Shown here: positions 1 through 15,587 of the stretch, one piece after another
Layout of the letters: the number at the start of each line of letters is the position of its first letter
Numbering within the stretch: position 1 is the stretch's first letter
DNA from: Eledone cirrhosa
Lineage: Eukaryota
Direction: 5' to 3'
DNA: 42,900 nucleotides
Assembly (NCBI GenBank): GCA_964016885.1
Contig: CAXHJY010000362.1
Coordinates: 1-42,900 of the forward strand
Translations under genes and position numbers: made by a program
Notes under the pieces: model-generated
The model's input: only the letters and a program-made list of their open reading frames with translations
The model's database searches: none
What the model was told of the DNA's origin: nothing

Positions 1-305
1 CATCTAGAATAAGGAGCAGGTATTGCAATAGCCTGGAATTCAAGGGCCCTCAACTCTTCAACAGGCTGCCAAGGCATCTGCGAGACTTGCATGACGTGGA
101 GGTGGATGTCTTTAAGAAACATCTCGACACCTTGTTATCCAGGACCCCGGATGAGCCCACAGCAAGGCACGAGGGAAACCTAAGGGCAGCAGCAACAAAC
201 TCCCTCCTACACCAGTGGCAAACCTATACAGGCTGGAGATAAAATGTGTAGCAACAAGGGCGGTGCCCCAGCATGGCCTCAGCCGGATGGCTGAATCAGG
301 TAAAA

Positions 306-322
<17 letters not shown>
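1..322 (+). mobile_element. 3' end of a CR1/L2-group LINE (family A): ORF2 C-terminus, 3' UTR, poly(A)
   Basis: Frame from nt 3 reads [52 protein letters not shown]...[17 protein letters not shown] (TAA 240-242). It is the reverse complement of 36943-37243 with 6 substitutions in ~301 bp. A-run at 302-322. Confidence 0.92.
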
Positions 323-4045
<3,723 letters not shown>

Positions 4046-4357
4046 TGTAATTGTTATTTTTTCTTTGATCACAATGGTGCCTGTTGTAGTTGTGTTATCC
4101 CTCCTCTCAACTGTTAAGTCACTATTCCGAGACGGCAGTTTTAATGTTGGAGGTGGGGGTGGGGGACTGTCTCATCCATTTTATAAAAAAGATACGACAA
4201 AAATCAAATACAATTCCAAGAAAACAACAACTCAAATTTACAAACTCATGGAGCTTACAAAAAATACGTCTTCTCTTGTCGACGACCAATAATAATAATG
4301 CTTTCTTTATTAACTACAAGGGTTGACACAAAGTATAACATTAAGGACAACACAGGA

Positions 4358-4516
4358 TAATAATAATAATTGTTTCTACTTTTGGCACAAGGCCAGCAAT
4401 TATCCCAGTGCAAATGTTTCTGCTTTAGGTACAATATTATTTTGAGGAGGGATTCGAATAAATCGACCCCTAGGTGTTACTGGTACTTTATTTTATCGAC
4501 CCTATAAAGATGAAAG
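4358..4516 (-). mobile_element. tRNA-derived SINE 3' portions (family also at 21126)
   Basis: TTGTTTCTACTTTTGGCACAAGGCCAGCAATT and ACTGGTACTTTATTTTATCGACCC match the reverse complement of 21245-21314; (TAA)n tail. Confidence 0.75.
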
Positions 4517-4629
4517 ACACACACACACATCACACATCCTCCCTTTCCAATATACATATCTATATAAACAACATTTATTTTAGTAGTCACACACAATGGA
4601 ATTGAAACCGCAATTACCTAGTTACTGTT

Positions 4630-4830
4630 GACTCTCTGCTCTCAAAGTTCAAACCCTGCCATGGTCAACTTCGCCTTTCGAGGTCGATAAAAAAGTATCA
4701 GTGAAGTACACAGGGGTCGATACTTTCACATTGCCATATCTTTCTCCCTTTCATTCTTTCACTCTCTACCCATTTCTGGAAGAAATATCCAGACCTGGAA
4801 AAGAGATGGGCTCCGCCAGGTGTTAAAATA
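4630..4830 (+). mobile_element. SINE, related subfamily with a different 3' part
   Basis: B-box-like AAGTTCAAACC, then GGTCAACTTCGCCTTTC..GGTCGATAAAA..AGT. The 3' part CTGGAAGAAAT..CCTGGA..GGGCTCCGCCAGG is shared with ~17710-17765 and ~28245-28300. Confidence 0.65.
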
Positions 4831-5114
4831 TCATAGAAACATTCTATGTAAATACGGTGCCCCAACAATTCCTGCGAGAGATACAGGATCAGGTATGAAT
4901 GTGTGTATTATGCCTGTTCCTCATGACACATAGGTAGTCAGCCGAACGACCAGGTTCAATTCACACTGAAAACTGGGACAATTCTACAATAGAAAGCTGA
5001 ATATGCTTGTGGAAATTAATATTATCCGGTTTTATTGACCTTTAGTGAGGGAAGGTCAATGTAAGGTAAATGAAACCAATTCATTTATGTTTAGGTTGTT
5101 TTTATTCTTTTCTT

Positions 5115-6830
5115 TATAATAATAATAAAAATAATGGAATTATTGTGTACAGTGCTCAGGTGCACTACAACTCATCAAAGATACATGTATAGTACATAGA
5201 ATAAGGTACAAATGTCAGGAAAATGAACAGTGTATGAGTCATTATATACATGTGTGCATGCGTATGGAGGGGAGGGGGGACATCAGGTATAGTGTTGGCG
5301 AATTTCAGAAAGCATGGAGGTTTTAAAGGATGCAGTGTCTCGGCAGCTAACAACTGATGCAGGTAGTTTGCTCCATGCTTCAGCAACTCTGAGCATGAAA
5401 AAATGTTTCAGAAAGTCATGGGAGCTGTGCTGTTTTCTGACTTTGTTGACATGCCCACATGTGTTATTCACATGGACATCAAAAAGGTGCTCTGGGTTGT
5501 TGTTGGCACGATGGTTAATAATTTTGTGGGTGTTTACCAAGTCAGTTGCCAGACGTCGGAGCTTCAATGTATCCATGCCCAGGGATGCAAAGCATTCAGA
5601 GTATGGTAGATGCCTGATGGAGGGTATTCGCTTGGTTGCACGTCCCTGAACAGTTTCCTGGAGATCAATGTTCTGAGCAAGATAGGGGTTCCAGATTGGT
5701 GATGCAAATTCTAAGTGGGGCCGCACCATAGCTATATACAGCTTTAAATAGATAGCTGGAGAGCGGCTGACATAGGTCTTGCTGAGTGATGTTAAGACAC
5801 CCTCGGCCTTCTTGACAATTTTAGAGACATGTTTCGTCCACCGAAAATCGCTGCTGACAGTAATGCCCAGGTCACGTTCACATGAAGACTTCTTGATATT
5901 AGTGTTGTGAAGGGAGTATGTGGACGCTGGGCTTTTCCTCCCCAAATGCATGGTGGTACACTTGTAAACAGCCAGCTTCAGTTGCCAGTCCATGATCCAT
6001 TGCTGCATTGTGTCCAGGTTTGATTGCAGGAAAGATCTATAGTGTTCAGGATCTGTCCTTTTTATCTCAAGGTATAGCTTGATGTAATCTGCATATTTCA
6101 GTACTGTGGCATTCTTTAAGTTGGCATCTATATCATTAATATATGCCACGAACAAAAGGGGGCCAAGAACAGATCCCTGTGGTACACCAGATGACGTCTC
6201 ATACGGTGAGGAATGCTGTCCTAGAACCGTGACTACCTTTCTTCGACTGAGAATGAAGGACTTCAACCAGTTAAAAAGATCATCCTTCACACCCATTGCA
6301 GAGAAATTTGTCATAAGTCTTTTGTGTGGCACAGAATTAAAAGCTTTAGCAAAGTCAAGGTAAACAACATACACTCATGAGCCACCATCAGTGATCCGAG
6401 TGATGTATTCAAGAAACTCGATAAGTTGATCACAGCAGCTGGAGTTATGGATAAATCCAAATTGCGAGGGCCGGATAGAGTCCAGCACTAGCTCAAGGAA
6501 ATCATTTGCACTTTGCGGACAACAAAATTTTCAGCAATTCCTTTGTTCAAATCAACGCAAGGAATTGCTGAAAAGTTTTAACGAACCATTACACGACGAC
6601 GACGACGACGACGAATAATGTCGTCTTTATGAAACAAGTTGTAGCAAGTTATGCTGAAAACCCCATCACAGAGTAAGGAATGTGCCCATGTTTTTGTGAC
6701 GGTATTGAAGTCAGGGTCGATACTTTTGACATAGGAATCAAAAAGATGTATCTTGTTGCATAGACTACGTGCATTTAAGGACAACAATTTATACCTTGAT
6801 TTCAGTCTATGATGATGTGCAGGAGAGAGC
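5115..6830 (-). mobile_element. CR1-type LINE (family B), internally deleted and inactive
   Basis: APE endonuclease start LSLNARSLCNK..TKTW (6787-6578). RT motifs QFGF, YLDFAKAF, SGVPQGSVLGPLLF, YADY (catalytic YADD mutated), ERDLGI, VRPHLE. In-frame TGA at 6375-6377. 3' UTR ends GTAGTGCACCTGAGCACTGTACACAAT plus an (ATT)n tail. Confidence 0.9.
5283..6480 (-). pseudogene. LINE ORF2 reverse transcriptase remnant
   Basis: 363-aa ORF in the track, plus upstream in-frame SQFGFIHNSSCCDQLIEFLEYIT beyond a stop codon. Confidence 0.9.
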
Positions 6831-6888
6831 AGGTTGTTCTGATTTAGTTTCCCACAGTTTTTTCATTGCCAGTTATTGTGGGTACAGT

Positions 6889-9800
6889 CAGGGCCAGATT
6901 AAAACCCCTAGAGGCCCTAAGCACTAAAAAATGTTGGTGCCCCCATGCATTTGTAGATCAAAACATAAACAATAATATATGGTAAATTAAAGTTTTATTT
7001 ATTGAAATTTCAAAATAAAGCAAAACATACAGAAAGAGAGAAAATGATTTTATTTATTGAATACTTTTTTCCTGCTTTTTTTTCTTGCAAAGTCTTTGAT
7101 CAGATCCTCGTAACCAATCTTGCGTAACACATCTGCTTCTATACACAATAGGGATACAGCATCCAACCTGTATTGTTGCATGGTTGTTCTGAAGGGATTT
7201 TTAATATATTTCAACCGCTGAGCAGTTAGTAACCATTAATGTTAAAAATATACTAAAGGCTATGTCTACATTTGGAAAGGCACACTGAATATTGTCTTTT
7301 ACAATAATTTTATAAAGTTCAGCATGATTAAATCTTGTTTTTACATTTTCTGTTCTACTCATCTTATTTCGCACATATAAATGAAACTGCTGAAGCTCAG
7401 CTAAGAAATTACTATTGAAGTCCTCTGGATAAGCATCAATTTTTGACAGTACTGAGAATACCTTTCAATATTAGTAGCTGATGGAGTGCCTATATTTGGC
7501 ACATCACTAAGAAAAGAAAATTTCTCTGCCATTTCTTTTTATATCTCTCCTCTTCTTTCCATCTCAGCTGCAAGTTTGTCAACAATTGTTTAAAATCTGG
7601 TGATACGAAACTTATCTCTGGCATCTAAATAAACTTCTGCTGTATCTCCGTCATTGGGTACTTTTTTTCTAATATGTTTGCAGGTTGCAGTTGTCCTGTA
7701 ATCAACATCTGGAAGAATTTCCTTGGCCTCTTTTTCATATCTTTCAAATTCATCTCGTGAGGTGTTCAGTTGGTCAGCTAATGATACATAGAGATCTGCA
7801 CATATCTTTAAGTTCGCATCCTCATTTTGTAGAACTTTGCTTACTCTGAAAATTCTACAAAATCTCATTAAAAAAAAATCAACATAAAAAAGAATTCTAG
7901 CTCTTGCATATTATCAACAATATTATTTGCCTCTCTTCTAGCGTCTTTATTTTGTGATTGATCTTCGGCTATATATTTTAATGCTTCGGAAATCTCAAGG
8001 AACGATTTCAAGATTGCTGCTGTTGCCATAGCAGGTGCTTCCTATCTTGTATCAGAGAGGAATTTCAAGACACATTCATTCTTAATACAATCTTTGAGAA
8101 TTTTCCAACGGTTAGTGGAAGCGGAAAAAAATTATAGAGTAACAGTACTGTAGAGAACAAATTAACAGCCTCTTGACAGCAGTCAACAGCACTCCGGCCA
8201 ACAAGATTTAATGAATGGGCTGCACAGGGCACATATATAGCAAATTTGTTTATTTCTAAAATATTTTGCTGCATCCCCTTATAACGCCCAGACATGTTAG
8301 CAGCATTGTCATAAGTCTGACCTCTACATTTTGAAACATTTAACCCACAAGCTTCACGTATATGCAGCAGCACCTGGTTCGCCATATTCTCGCCAGTGTA
8401 GTTTTCTATTATGATGAAGGTTAAACATTGTTCAATAGGCTGTCCATCTTATAAATACCTAAGTACAACACTCAATTGATCGCTATGTGATAAATCTGGT
8501 GTTGAATCAACGGACAAACTAAAATAACCAGAAGATTTAACTTCGTTAATAATGAACTCACGGAGCTTTTGTGCCATTAGTTGAGTAATTTCCTCGATAG
8601 TGGTTTTTGACATGTAAGAAGGATTTCCTTTTCCAGAACTTCCATATTTAGAAATGTGGCCTGCTAAAAATGGATCAAACTGGCTTATGAGTTCAAGCAG
8701 CCCTAAACAATTCCCATTTTGCAACGATCCAAACTTCTCTTCACTTCCCCGAAAAGGTAAGCCACATTCAGCTAACGTACAAATAGCAGCTACGACACGC
8801 CTCAAAACGTGTTCCCAGTAATTGCACTCTTCATGAATTTGTTTCTCCAAATCTGACTTTAACCCCGCACCTTCCTGCGAGTTAAATATGCCAGCAAAGA
8901 GTCTCTGTGAATAATGCTTTTCTCATGCTTTTCAATTACAATAGTATTGCGCCAATCACTGAACCCTTCTCTTGAAACAAAAATTGAATTTTTTTCACGA
9001 GCAAACAGTTTACAAACAAAACAATAAACTGATCCTTTTGATGGTGAATCGAGTAACCACTCTCTCTTGTATGTTTCGCCATTGGCTTTTGTCCCAATAA
9101 AAAGTTTCTGTGAGCAATACCTTACTGGTTTTCCACTACTAAAATGACGGCAAGACTTTTCAAATGGCCCGTTGTGGTGTTGACAAATACTGGGTTCACA
9201 AGTAATCCAATAAGCTATATCATTAGCAGAGAAATCAAACCACATTCCTAGATCGTTTGGTAAATTGTAATTTTCTTCATTTTTTACAGGCAAATTAAAT
9301 TCACCGCCATTGTCACAGTGCTCTAAACTTCTATTTTCAGCAATTATTTGAGCCCTATCATCATTTGCAGTAGAGGTATCCGAATAAAGAGAATTCACAG
9401 GCAAAGTAAGATCAGTTGTGAGACATGTGCTGGATGAACATGCTTGCGACATCTCGGATCTTCTAATGTCATCATATTTTAATTCTGAAGTAATCAAAGT
9501 TGTATTTGCCATATTCATGTCTACTTCTGATAACGTATATCGGTTTTGACCTGGAATCTGTAAATCATGTTGTGGAACTTGTGACAAAAAAATTAGTCAG
9601 CAATTACTGTCTTGAGATCTAATTCCGAAGCTTGTTTCTTGTTTGAAAGTTTTCGTTTTTGTTCCCCACTTAACTGAATGCGTTTCATCTTGGATTTTGG
9701 GATCTGTTAATTAGATTTGAACGGTTAGATTTTTTGGGGATCTGTTAATTATATCTGATGGTTAGATTTGAAAAAGGATGGTGTGAACCCAAATAAACAA

Positions 9801-10374
9801 TCAGCAAATACAGTTATAAAATTAAAGCTTGTTAAAGTTTGTTCAGATAAAAAATAAAAAAAATAAAAAAATTATGTAGAAATAAAAAGGTTATACTATA
9901 TAGCAGATAATCTAGAACACAAATGACAATTTTTTTTGATATAGAGTCTACGATATTAAAAGGTTCAAGTTCAAAAAAAAAAGTTGTAAAAAAAATAAAA
10001 GACCCTAATGAACAGAATTGTTAATAAAAAGAAGCAGAAAATAAACCTTGGTTAGTTGGGATTGGGAGTATCATAACACTTTCAGCTGGTGGCTATATTC
10101 ATAAACATTAAAAAACATTTCAACAAGCATGTAGCCATTTTAAAATTGAACCAGAATACATTGGAGTTTCAGAAAAATTTCTAAAGATAAACGTCTGAAA
10201 AACTGAGATTTAACAAATAAACTGAAATGAACAACTATGTTTCTACCGAATTTATTCAATTAATTTAATAATTTAAACTGTAAATTCATCATATAAAAAA
10301 TGTTTGAGGTGCACCTTCTTCCTTTGATGCCCTAAGCACGTGCTTACTTTGCTTATATTGTTAATCCACCACTG
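6889..10374 (-). mobile_element. hAT DNA transposon (ZMYM1-like / DUF4371 transposase), degenerate
   Basis: Imperfect TIRs CAGGGCCAGATTAA (6889) and TTAATCCACCACTG (10361-10374). Subterminal GCCCTAAGCAC at 6914 and 10329. Transposase fragments lie inside. No 8-bp TSD. Confidence 0.9.
7050..9688 (-). pseudogene. hAT transposase pseudogene
   Basis: N-terminus MKRIQLSGEQKRK. TTF-like Zn finger YCFVCKLF..GFSDW..KHEKS..H. LPFRG..NGN. Catalytic-region motifs FSLSVDSTPDLSH, RGQTYDNAANMSG, YVPCAAHSLNL. hATC-like end FPNVDIA..LIKDFARKKSRKK. Multiple frameshifts and stops. Confidence 0.92.
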
Positions 10375-11401
10375 ACTACGACCGTCAGCGTCTGACCCTG
10401 TGATTTGTTAATCGCCATGGCGAAACTAAGAAGAGATTGCAGTCTTCTGAATGTGAAAGGAATGTCTTTACCGGATAGAATGAGAGGTATCCTTGGTAGC
10501 GTCCCTGCATCGTCGAATGGCACGTCGAATGGCACGTCGTCCTTCATCCTCTCGAGCGCGAGCAGCAGCAGTCGCGGCAGCATCTTTGTTCCGTCGAAGT
10601 TCACGCCGACTGTCATCCTCCTCCGCTCTTGCAGCTGCCGTCTGCACAGCATTCTGTGAGAGCCTGATCGCAGTCGCATTTACATCTTCGGTGAGACGCC
10701 TTCATTTAGACTTACTTGTATCATTAGATAACCGACCAATGGGAGTTATTTTCTTGGGGGCATTGTTTTTAGAAAATTAACCAGGGAGAACGATAAATAG
10801 TGGACAAATAACGTTTAAGTAAGCAAATCTAAACACGGATATAAATTGTGAAAAAATGTGATAAATCTATGTGGTGTGAGAAAGTGGGTATGTTTTGCAA
10901 GATTTTGTGTACCAGTCAAATTTCAGGTTTTAAGTTAGGGACAACGCAGCGTATGGACTACCTGTGATAAAGGAATAGTGTGGCCCACAGTGGTAGGTAT
11001 ATAAGTGTCAGTATGTTTGTTCAGTTCGAAGATAGCAATAAGTAAGTACTAACCATTGAAAGGATACAGGCAAAAATGGCCGAAAAATCAGAGCATGATA
11101 AACTGGAACCTTATGACCATAAACACATTATCTAAACCTCCTTTAAGGTGACAAATGTTGAAGAAGCATGAGTTTCAGAAACATGGGGTAGCTTATGAGA
11201 GTACGCATGTAAAAAAAACCTACCACTTGTCAAAAGCCAAAAAAGAAGTGTGATCCTAGGTCGGACTTGACCGATATAAATAGGAGTGATTTTGCTCAAT
11301 GAACAACACTCAAGTTGTCTGATTGGTTAGATAATACAAATAAGTGTGATGAAATCTACTGAACACAACTCACTGATGTGTGGTTGGCCAGAGGTCGCCA
11401 T

Positions 11402-11660
11402 TTCGCACTTAATTGAGGTGCAATTAAATGGGGGAGACAACCGGGTGCAAACACTAATCACTCATTCGCACAGTTTAGGCATGAGTGTGAAATAGGACAA
11501 TCTACATTCAGTAGGCATTAAAATTTACACCTGGGTTAAATCGCGCTTTCTTGGTTAGGAGTGTGAAATGACGCCAAGGTTCAAGGAAAAAAATTTAACT
11601 TTCCATTCCGCACTTAATTGTGGTGCAATTACACGGGGGAGACAACCGGGTGCAAAATTA
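11402..11660. repeat. Two ~50-bp direct repeats ~205 bp apart inside the Helitron
   Basis: CGCACTTAATTGnGGTGCAATTAnAnGGGGGAGACAACCGGGTGCAAA at ~11404 and ~11609. Confidence 0.85.
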
Positions 11661-11699
11661 AATTCAATCATCCTAAAGTTAACTAAACAAACTAAAGTT

Positions 11700-12780
11700 A
11701 AGTCAGGGGATTTAAAAGTTCGCTACTCCATTTGTAGGACATGAGTAACCGATGCATCAACTTTCGTTTAAATTGACTTTTATTTCCAGAAGTGGAAATG
11801 CTTTGCTGCAACACTAATATGAACTTTAAAAGTGGTCCAAAGGGGCTCACTGCTCTCCCCAGGGGGTTCCCTTGCAAAATTCAAGTGATAACGAATGTGT
11901 GATGCTTTATCTTAGGCAGGCAATAACCATTTCGTTTAGTTTTTGTAAGAATCAAGTATAAACTCCCGAGGTTATGGTGCTTTTTTTATTGTGGCAGTTT
12001 GAAATTTTATAGGTTAATGGATTGGGCTCATTGTTTCCAAGGGGGTCCTCTTGCTGAATTGAAATGAAAGTAAATGTGCCTCACTGTATCTTCATCTGTA
12101 GTACATGAATAACAACTAAGTGGAAATTCGTTATATTGGACTACCAATTATCGAAGCTATGACGCTTTGCTGCATTACAATAGCCAAATTCAATAAATGA
12201 CCCACCGGGGCTTACTGTTCCCTGGGGGTCCCTTTGCTTGTTCCGGGTATAGACTGTCTTCAACATCATCTTTAGGCAATGGGTAACTAACGTGTCCGGT
12301 AAAGTTAAAATCGAACGTAAACTTCAAAAGTTATCAGGTACTAATACAGTGTTAATGTGAACTTCAATAGATAAGTCGAAGGGGCTTACTGCCCCCCCCC
12401 CCCCCCCCCCCCGGTTCCCCTTGATAAGTTCAAGTAAAAGTTCATGTGTTCACATTCCTTTATAAGCCACGGGTAACCAATACGTCTCGCTTCGTGAAAA
12501 CCAAACACCAACTCAAGCAGTTATGACGTTTTGTTGCATTGATGATATCAACTTCAACATTCATCAAGTCGGTTTGCTGCCCCCCAAGGGGTCCCCTACC
12601 TGAATTTCTATGCAAGTGCATGCCTGCAAATTTATTTATAGGCCATAAGCAAACGAAAGATTAATTTTGGTGAAGATGGAAGGCAAACTGCAGGAATTAC
12701 GGGGCCTTTATGCAGTAGTACTGCTGACTCCAAGCGAGAGGCTTAAGGGGGTTATCTGCCCCTGGGGGGCCCACAATCGA
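11700..12780. repeat. Degenerate ~180-bp tandem array (6-7 units) in the Helitron 5' region
   Basis: A GGGGCTYACTG..CCC.GGGGGT.CC motif recurs at ~11841, 12023, 12206, 12380, 12570 and 12747. TAGGC..GTAAC and GTTATG motifs recur at a similar period. Confidence 0.75.
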
Positions 12781-13079
12781 TGTACAGAAAAATAAAATAG
12801 CCTACGACGCATAATAGGACTTTAGAAACCTATGTATGAAATTTGGTGCGAATCGGTTGTAAAATGTAGAAATGCATGCGGTTACACAAACAGACAGACA
12901 TCTTCTGTCACCGAAATATATATAGCAGTAATAAACGAAGCCAAATTTTAAATATTTGACTTATTTATTTTAGTTTATTTTACATTACTCCGGAGTAACC
13001 AAACCAACCTGCGCACTTCGTCGAGTGCTCCAATCTGCACACTGAGGTGTTGGTATACAACCAACATATACTCAAAATT

Positions 13080-13110
<31 letters not shown>

Positions 13111-13171
13111 TATGTATATATATATATTTATGTATACATGTATGTATACATGTATGTATACATGTATACAT

Positions 13172-13783
13172 TATTATGTCAGGTGAACAGTTGGTGCTAC
13201 TGGTAACATGTATTCAAGTACAACCTGGCTCATGGTCAGGTCGTTGGCGACTAAACTGGCAACCCCACAACAGATTTCTTGGTGAGGAGGGTGACTTTGG
13301 ATATCCTGCAGGACTAAAAACAAAACCTGTCAAAGGGCAAAGGAGCTCTTACGAATCAATGGCCATCCAAAATCACTGGGAGAGATGACCGCTTAGCCTT
13401 TGTCAAGGCAGAATTCTAGGAGAAGGAAAACTCTGATATAACACCTGCAACCCTGATGGTATCCAATAATGTTGACTTGTTCTTCTTTTTGGTAAATATC
13501 ATCTTGGTTAAGAGAATGGGACTGGCTTGTGCAGTGCCTTTGCTCACTATAAAAGCTTCACGGCACAGGCATTGCTTTATATCTGGAGATCTCTCTGCAC
13601 TTGTCATCCCATGGTACCATGGGCACAGCACTATGTGTCAATAATTGTCACAAGTGCAGTGTTTGTACCAGAGTTTTCAAGTCGCTGGCTGGACTAAAAA
13701 GTCACACTCGTTCAGTGCATCGGTAGGGTTTCTCCTACATGGATATAAAATAGTGGCCGTACTCGAAAACGAGTTGGCAGCCA
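13172..13783 (+). mobile_element. Bipartite non-autonomous RTE (5' UTR-like part joined to 3' end)
   Basis: CTAGGAGAAGGAAAACTCTG resembles RTE 5' UTRs. The 3' part encodes an RTE-type C-terminal C2H2-like peptide (Cxx[14 protein letters not shown]) and ends GTACTCGAAAACGAGTTGGCAGCCA. Second copy at 36355-36745. TA-rich flanks. Confidence 0.7.
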
Positions 13784-14399
13784 GCATGTATACAGGTATG
13801 TATATATGTATGTATATATGTATGTATATATATATATACACACACACACACACATATCAATCTTTAACGACTATTTATACATATTAGTTTAGTATCACTG
13901 TAGTTTATCTGAGAGCAAGATTGTGTATCATAATCTGGTAATTTTGTGCTGATTATTGAAATGAAGTTTTTTTAATGGAAAACTTCATAACTTCCTCTGG
14001 TAGATATTGAATGAAGCTGTACTGTATGTATACAAAAACCCTTTGCCATTAATTTCTATATAATTGCATAATTTTATATCAATGTATAGATGTATTCTTG
14101 GCTACAGGCACAGACATATCTGCATGATTAACCCATTCATTTCCATATTTCTAATTAAATACACTGTCTAAGGCTTTCAAATAAGTTGGAAAATAATGAG
14201 GAATTTTGAGAGATTTAGTAATATAACTAACTTTCGCATTATTAAAACAATGTTTGGAACATTGCATAATGAAGGTTCTTACTTAAAATTATGCTGGGAA
14301 GTTTTTAAATAAATATGAAAACTTTAAATTAGGCAAGTGCCATCATCTGTAATTTCAAAGTGACCAATTCCTTGTGAATGGAATTGACAGATTAAAACT

Positions 14400-14603
14400 A
14401 TATGAAGCCAGGTGTGTGCCATGAAAATGAACTTGGGGAGCTTTTGAGGCAGAGAGACATAGCGTGCAGAAATGTGAGATGCACTCTCCCATGGCTGACC
14501 AGTCTGGAGATCAGTAGCTCCGACTTAGTACTGACTTGATCTGTTATGGCCCATCCAACCCTTTCTAGTATAGGAGAACAGATATTAAATGATGCTGATG
14601 ATT
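14400..14603 (+). mobile_element. Degraded RTE-type 3' end with (GAT)n tail
   Basis: CCCATCCAACCCTTTCTAGTATAGGAGAACAGATATTAAATGATGCTGATGAT is homologous to tails at ~15590 (-), ~18210 and ~21005. Confidence 0.55.
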
Positions 14604-14799
14604 TATGAGCCAATTAATCTTGTATATAGTGGTTAGTTTTAGTTAAAATTTTGCAGTTTTAAGCAGATATGAGTTGATATGTCTTGCCTTATGTTATTAG
14701 ACATCATGGCACAGAGAAGATCTTAATCCACTTCATTGATTTCTCACATAAGAGGAATCATATAGTGTGAATCAAGTCTCTTGTGGCAGACAGCATTCA

Positions 14800-15240
14800 A
14801 GTCAATTGAATGTTGCTCTGTCTATTACATTTTTACATTGTACTGTAATAGGTAGAACAATATTCAATTGATTTGAATGATGTCCACCACAAGAGACTCA
14901 ATGGTACATATACTGGAATGCTATGCTGGGCATACAGCATCTCGTGGAGATGTCATCAAACACACATGTATGGATCCTTGCTTTGCATCTCTGATGTTGT
15001 GTGGTGCCATTGTCTGGCCTTTGCTGGTCATGTAACTCTCTATGATGAACCCTCTGGAAGATTGTTTCTCTAGACTCTGGATGCTAAGAGAAAAGTTGGC
15101 CGTCTGTATATCACCTTGAAATCAATCAAGATGTACACAATGGAATGAATCTGTGTGCTGCAGTGGTCAACCAAGGGCTCCAGAGCTCAAACTTTCTTAA
15201 TGTATCACCACTGCCTCAAGGCATTGGATGACTGAAGAAA
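14800..15240 (+). pseudogene. RTE-clade LINE C-terminal fragment
   Basis: HKRLNGTYTGMLCWAYSISWRCH..MYGSL..LAFAGHV..RKVGR matches the RTE pattern LDGxYTRMLR..ISW..H..LYG..FAGH..GRP. Confidence 0.7.
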
Positions 15241-15587
15241 AAGAGGAAATCTAGGGTTCATATATTGCCACTGCTCTGACTGACTAAGATACGTAACTGT
15301 CACCAATAGAATCCACTTCTCTATAATAGGCACTGTATTGTGGTTTAGTTCACTATTGTAATCCAGAAGTGTGAAATTGTTGAATGTTTCATCAGCTTAC
15401 AGTATTAGCTTAGTAATCTCTTGTGAAAGAATTAGAGTAAGAATATAATGGAACCAATTTCATTGTTATCTTATTGAATGACAAAGTCTTAGTCTTCAAT
15501 TTGTGCTCAACATACCTGACAGGCATACAAGATTAACAACCTAATGGAAAAATATAGATTATGAGAGGACTCTCCATTGTGGCCTAC

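Larger units (their letters stand above)
10375..12925 (-). mobile_element. Internally deleted Helitron (3' end lost at the hAT)
   Basis: Minus-strand 5' end CTATATATAT..GTCTGTCTGT..AACCGATT..AAATTT at 12925. Frameshifted ATG at 10763, then a charged Arg/Glu/Ala-rich N-terminus (..AAARAEEDDSRRELRRNKDAAATAAARARE..). This is fused at ~10495 to a Pif1-helicase C-terminal stretch LPRIPLI..IPFTFRRLQ..FAMAINKSQGQTL. Confidence 0.8.

Noticed and set aside
11700-12780. Regularly spaced motif suggesting CRISPR repeat-spacer structure
   Set aside because: The intervening sequences are homologous to each other, the period is ~180 bp, and there are no cas genes.
13172-13262. Possible HDV-like ribozyme at the RTE 5' end (CAGTT/AACTG pairing, hairpin ACCTGGC/GTCAGGT)
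   Set aside because: I could not build P3/L3 or P1.1; it needs a descriptor search on the family consensus.
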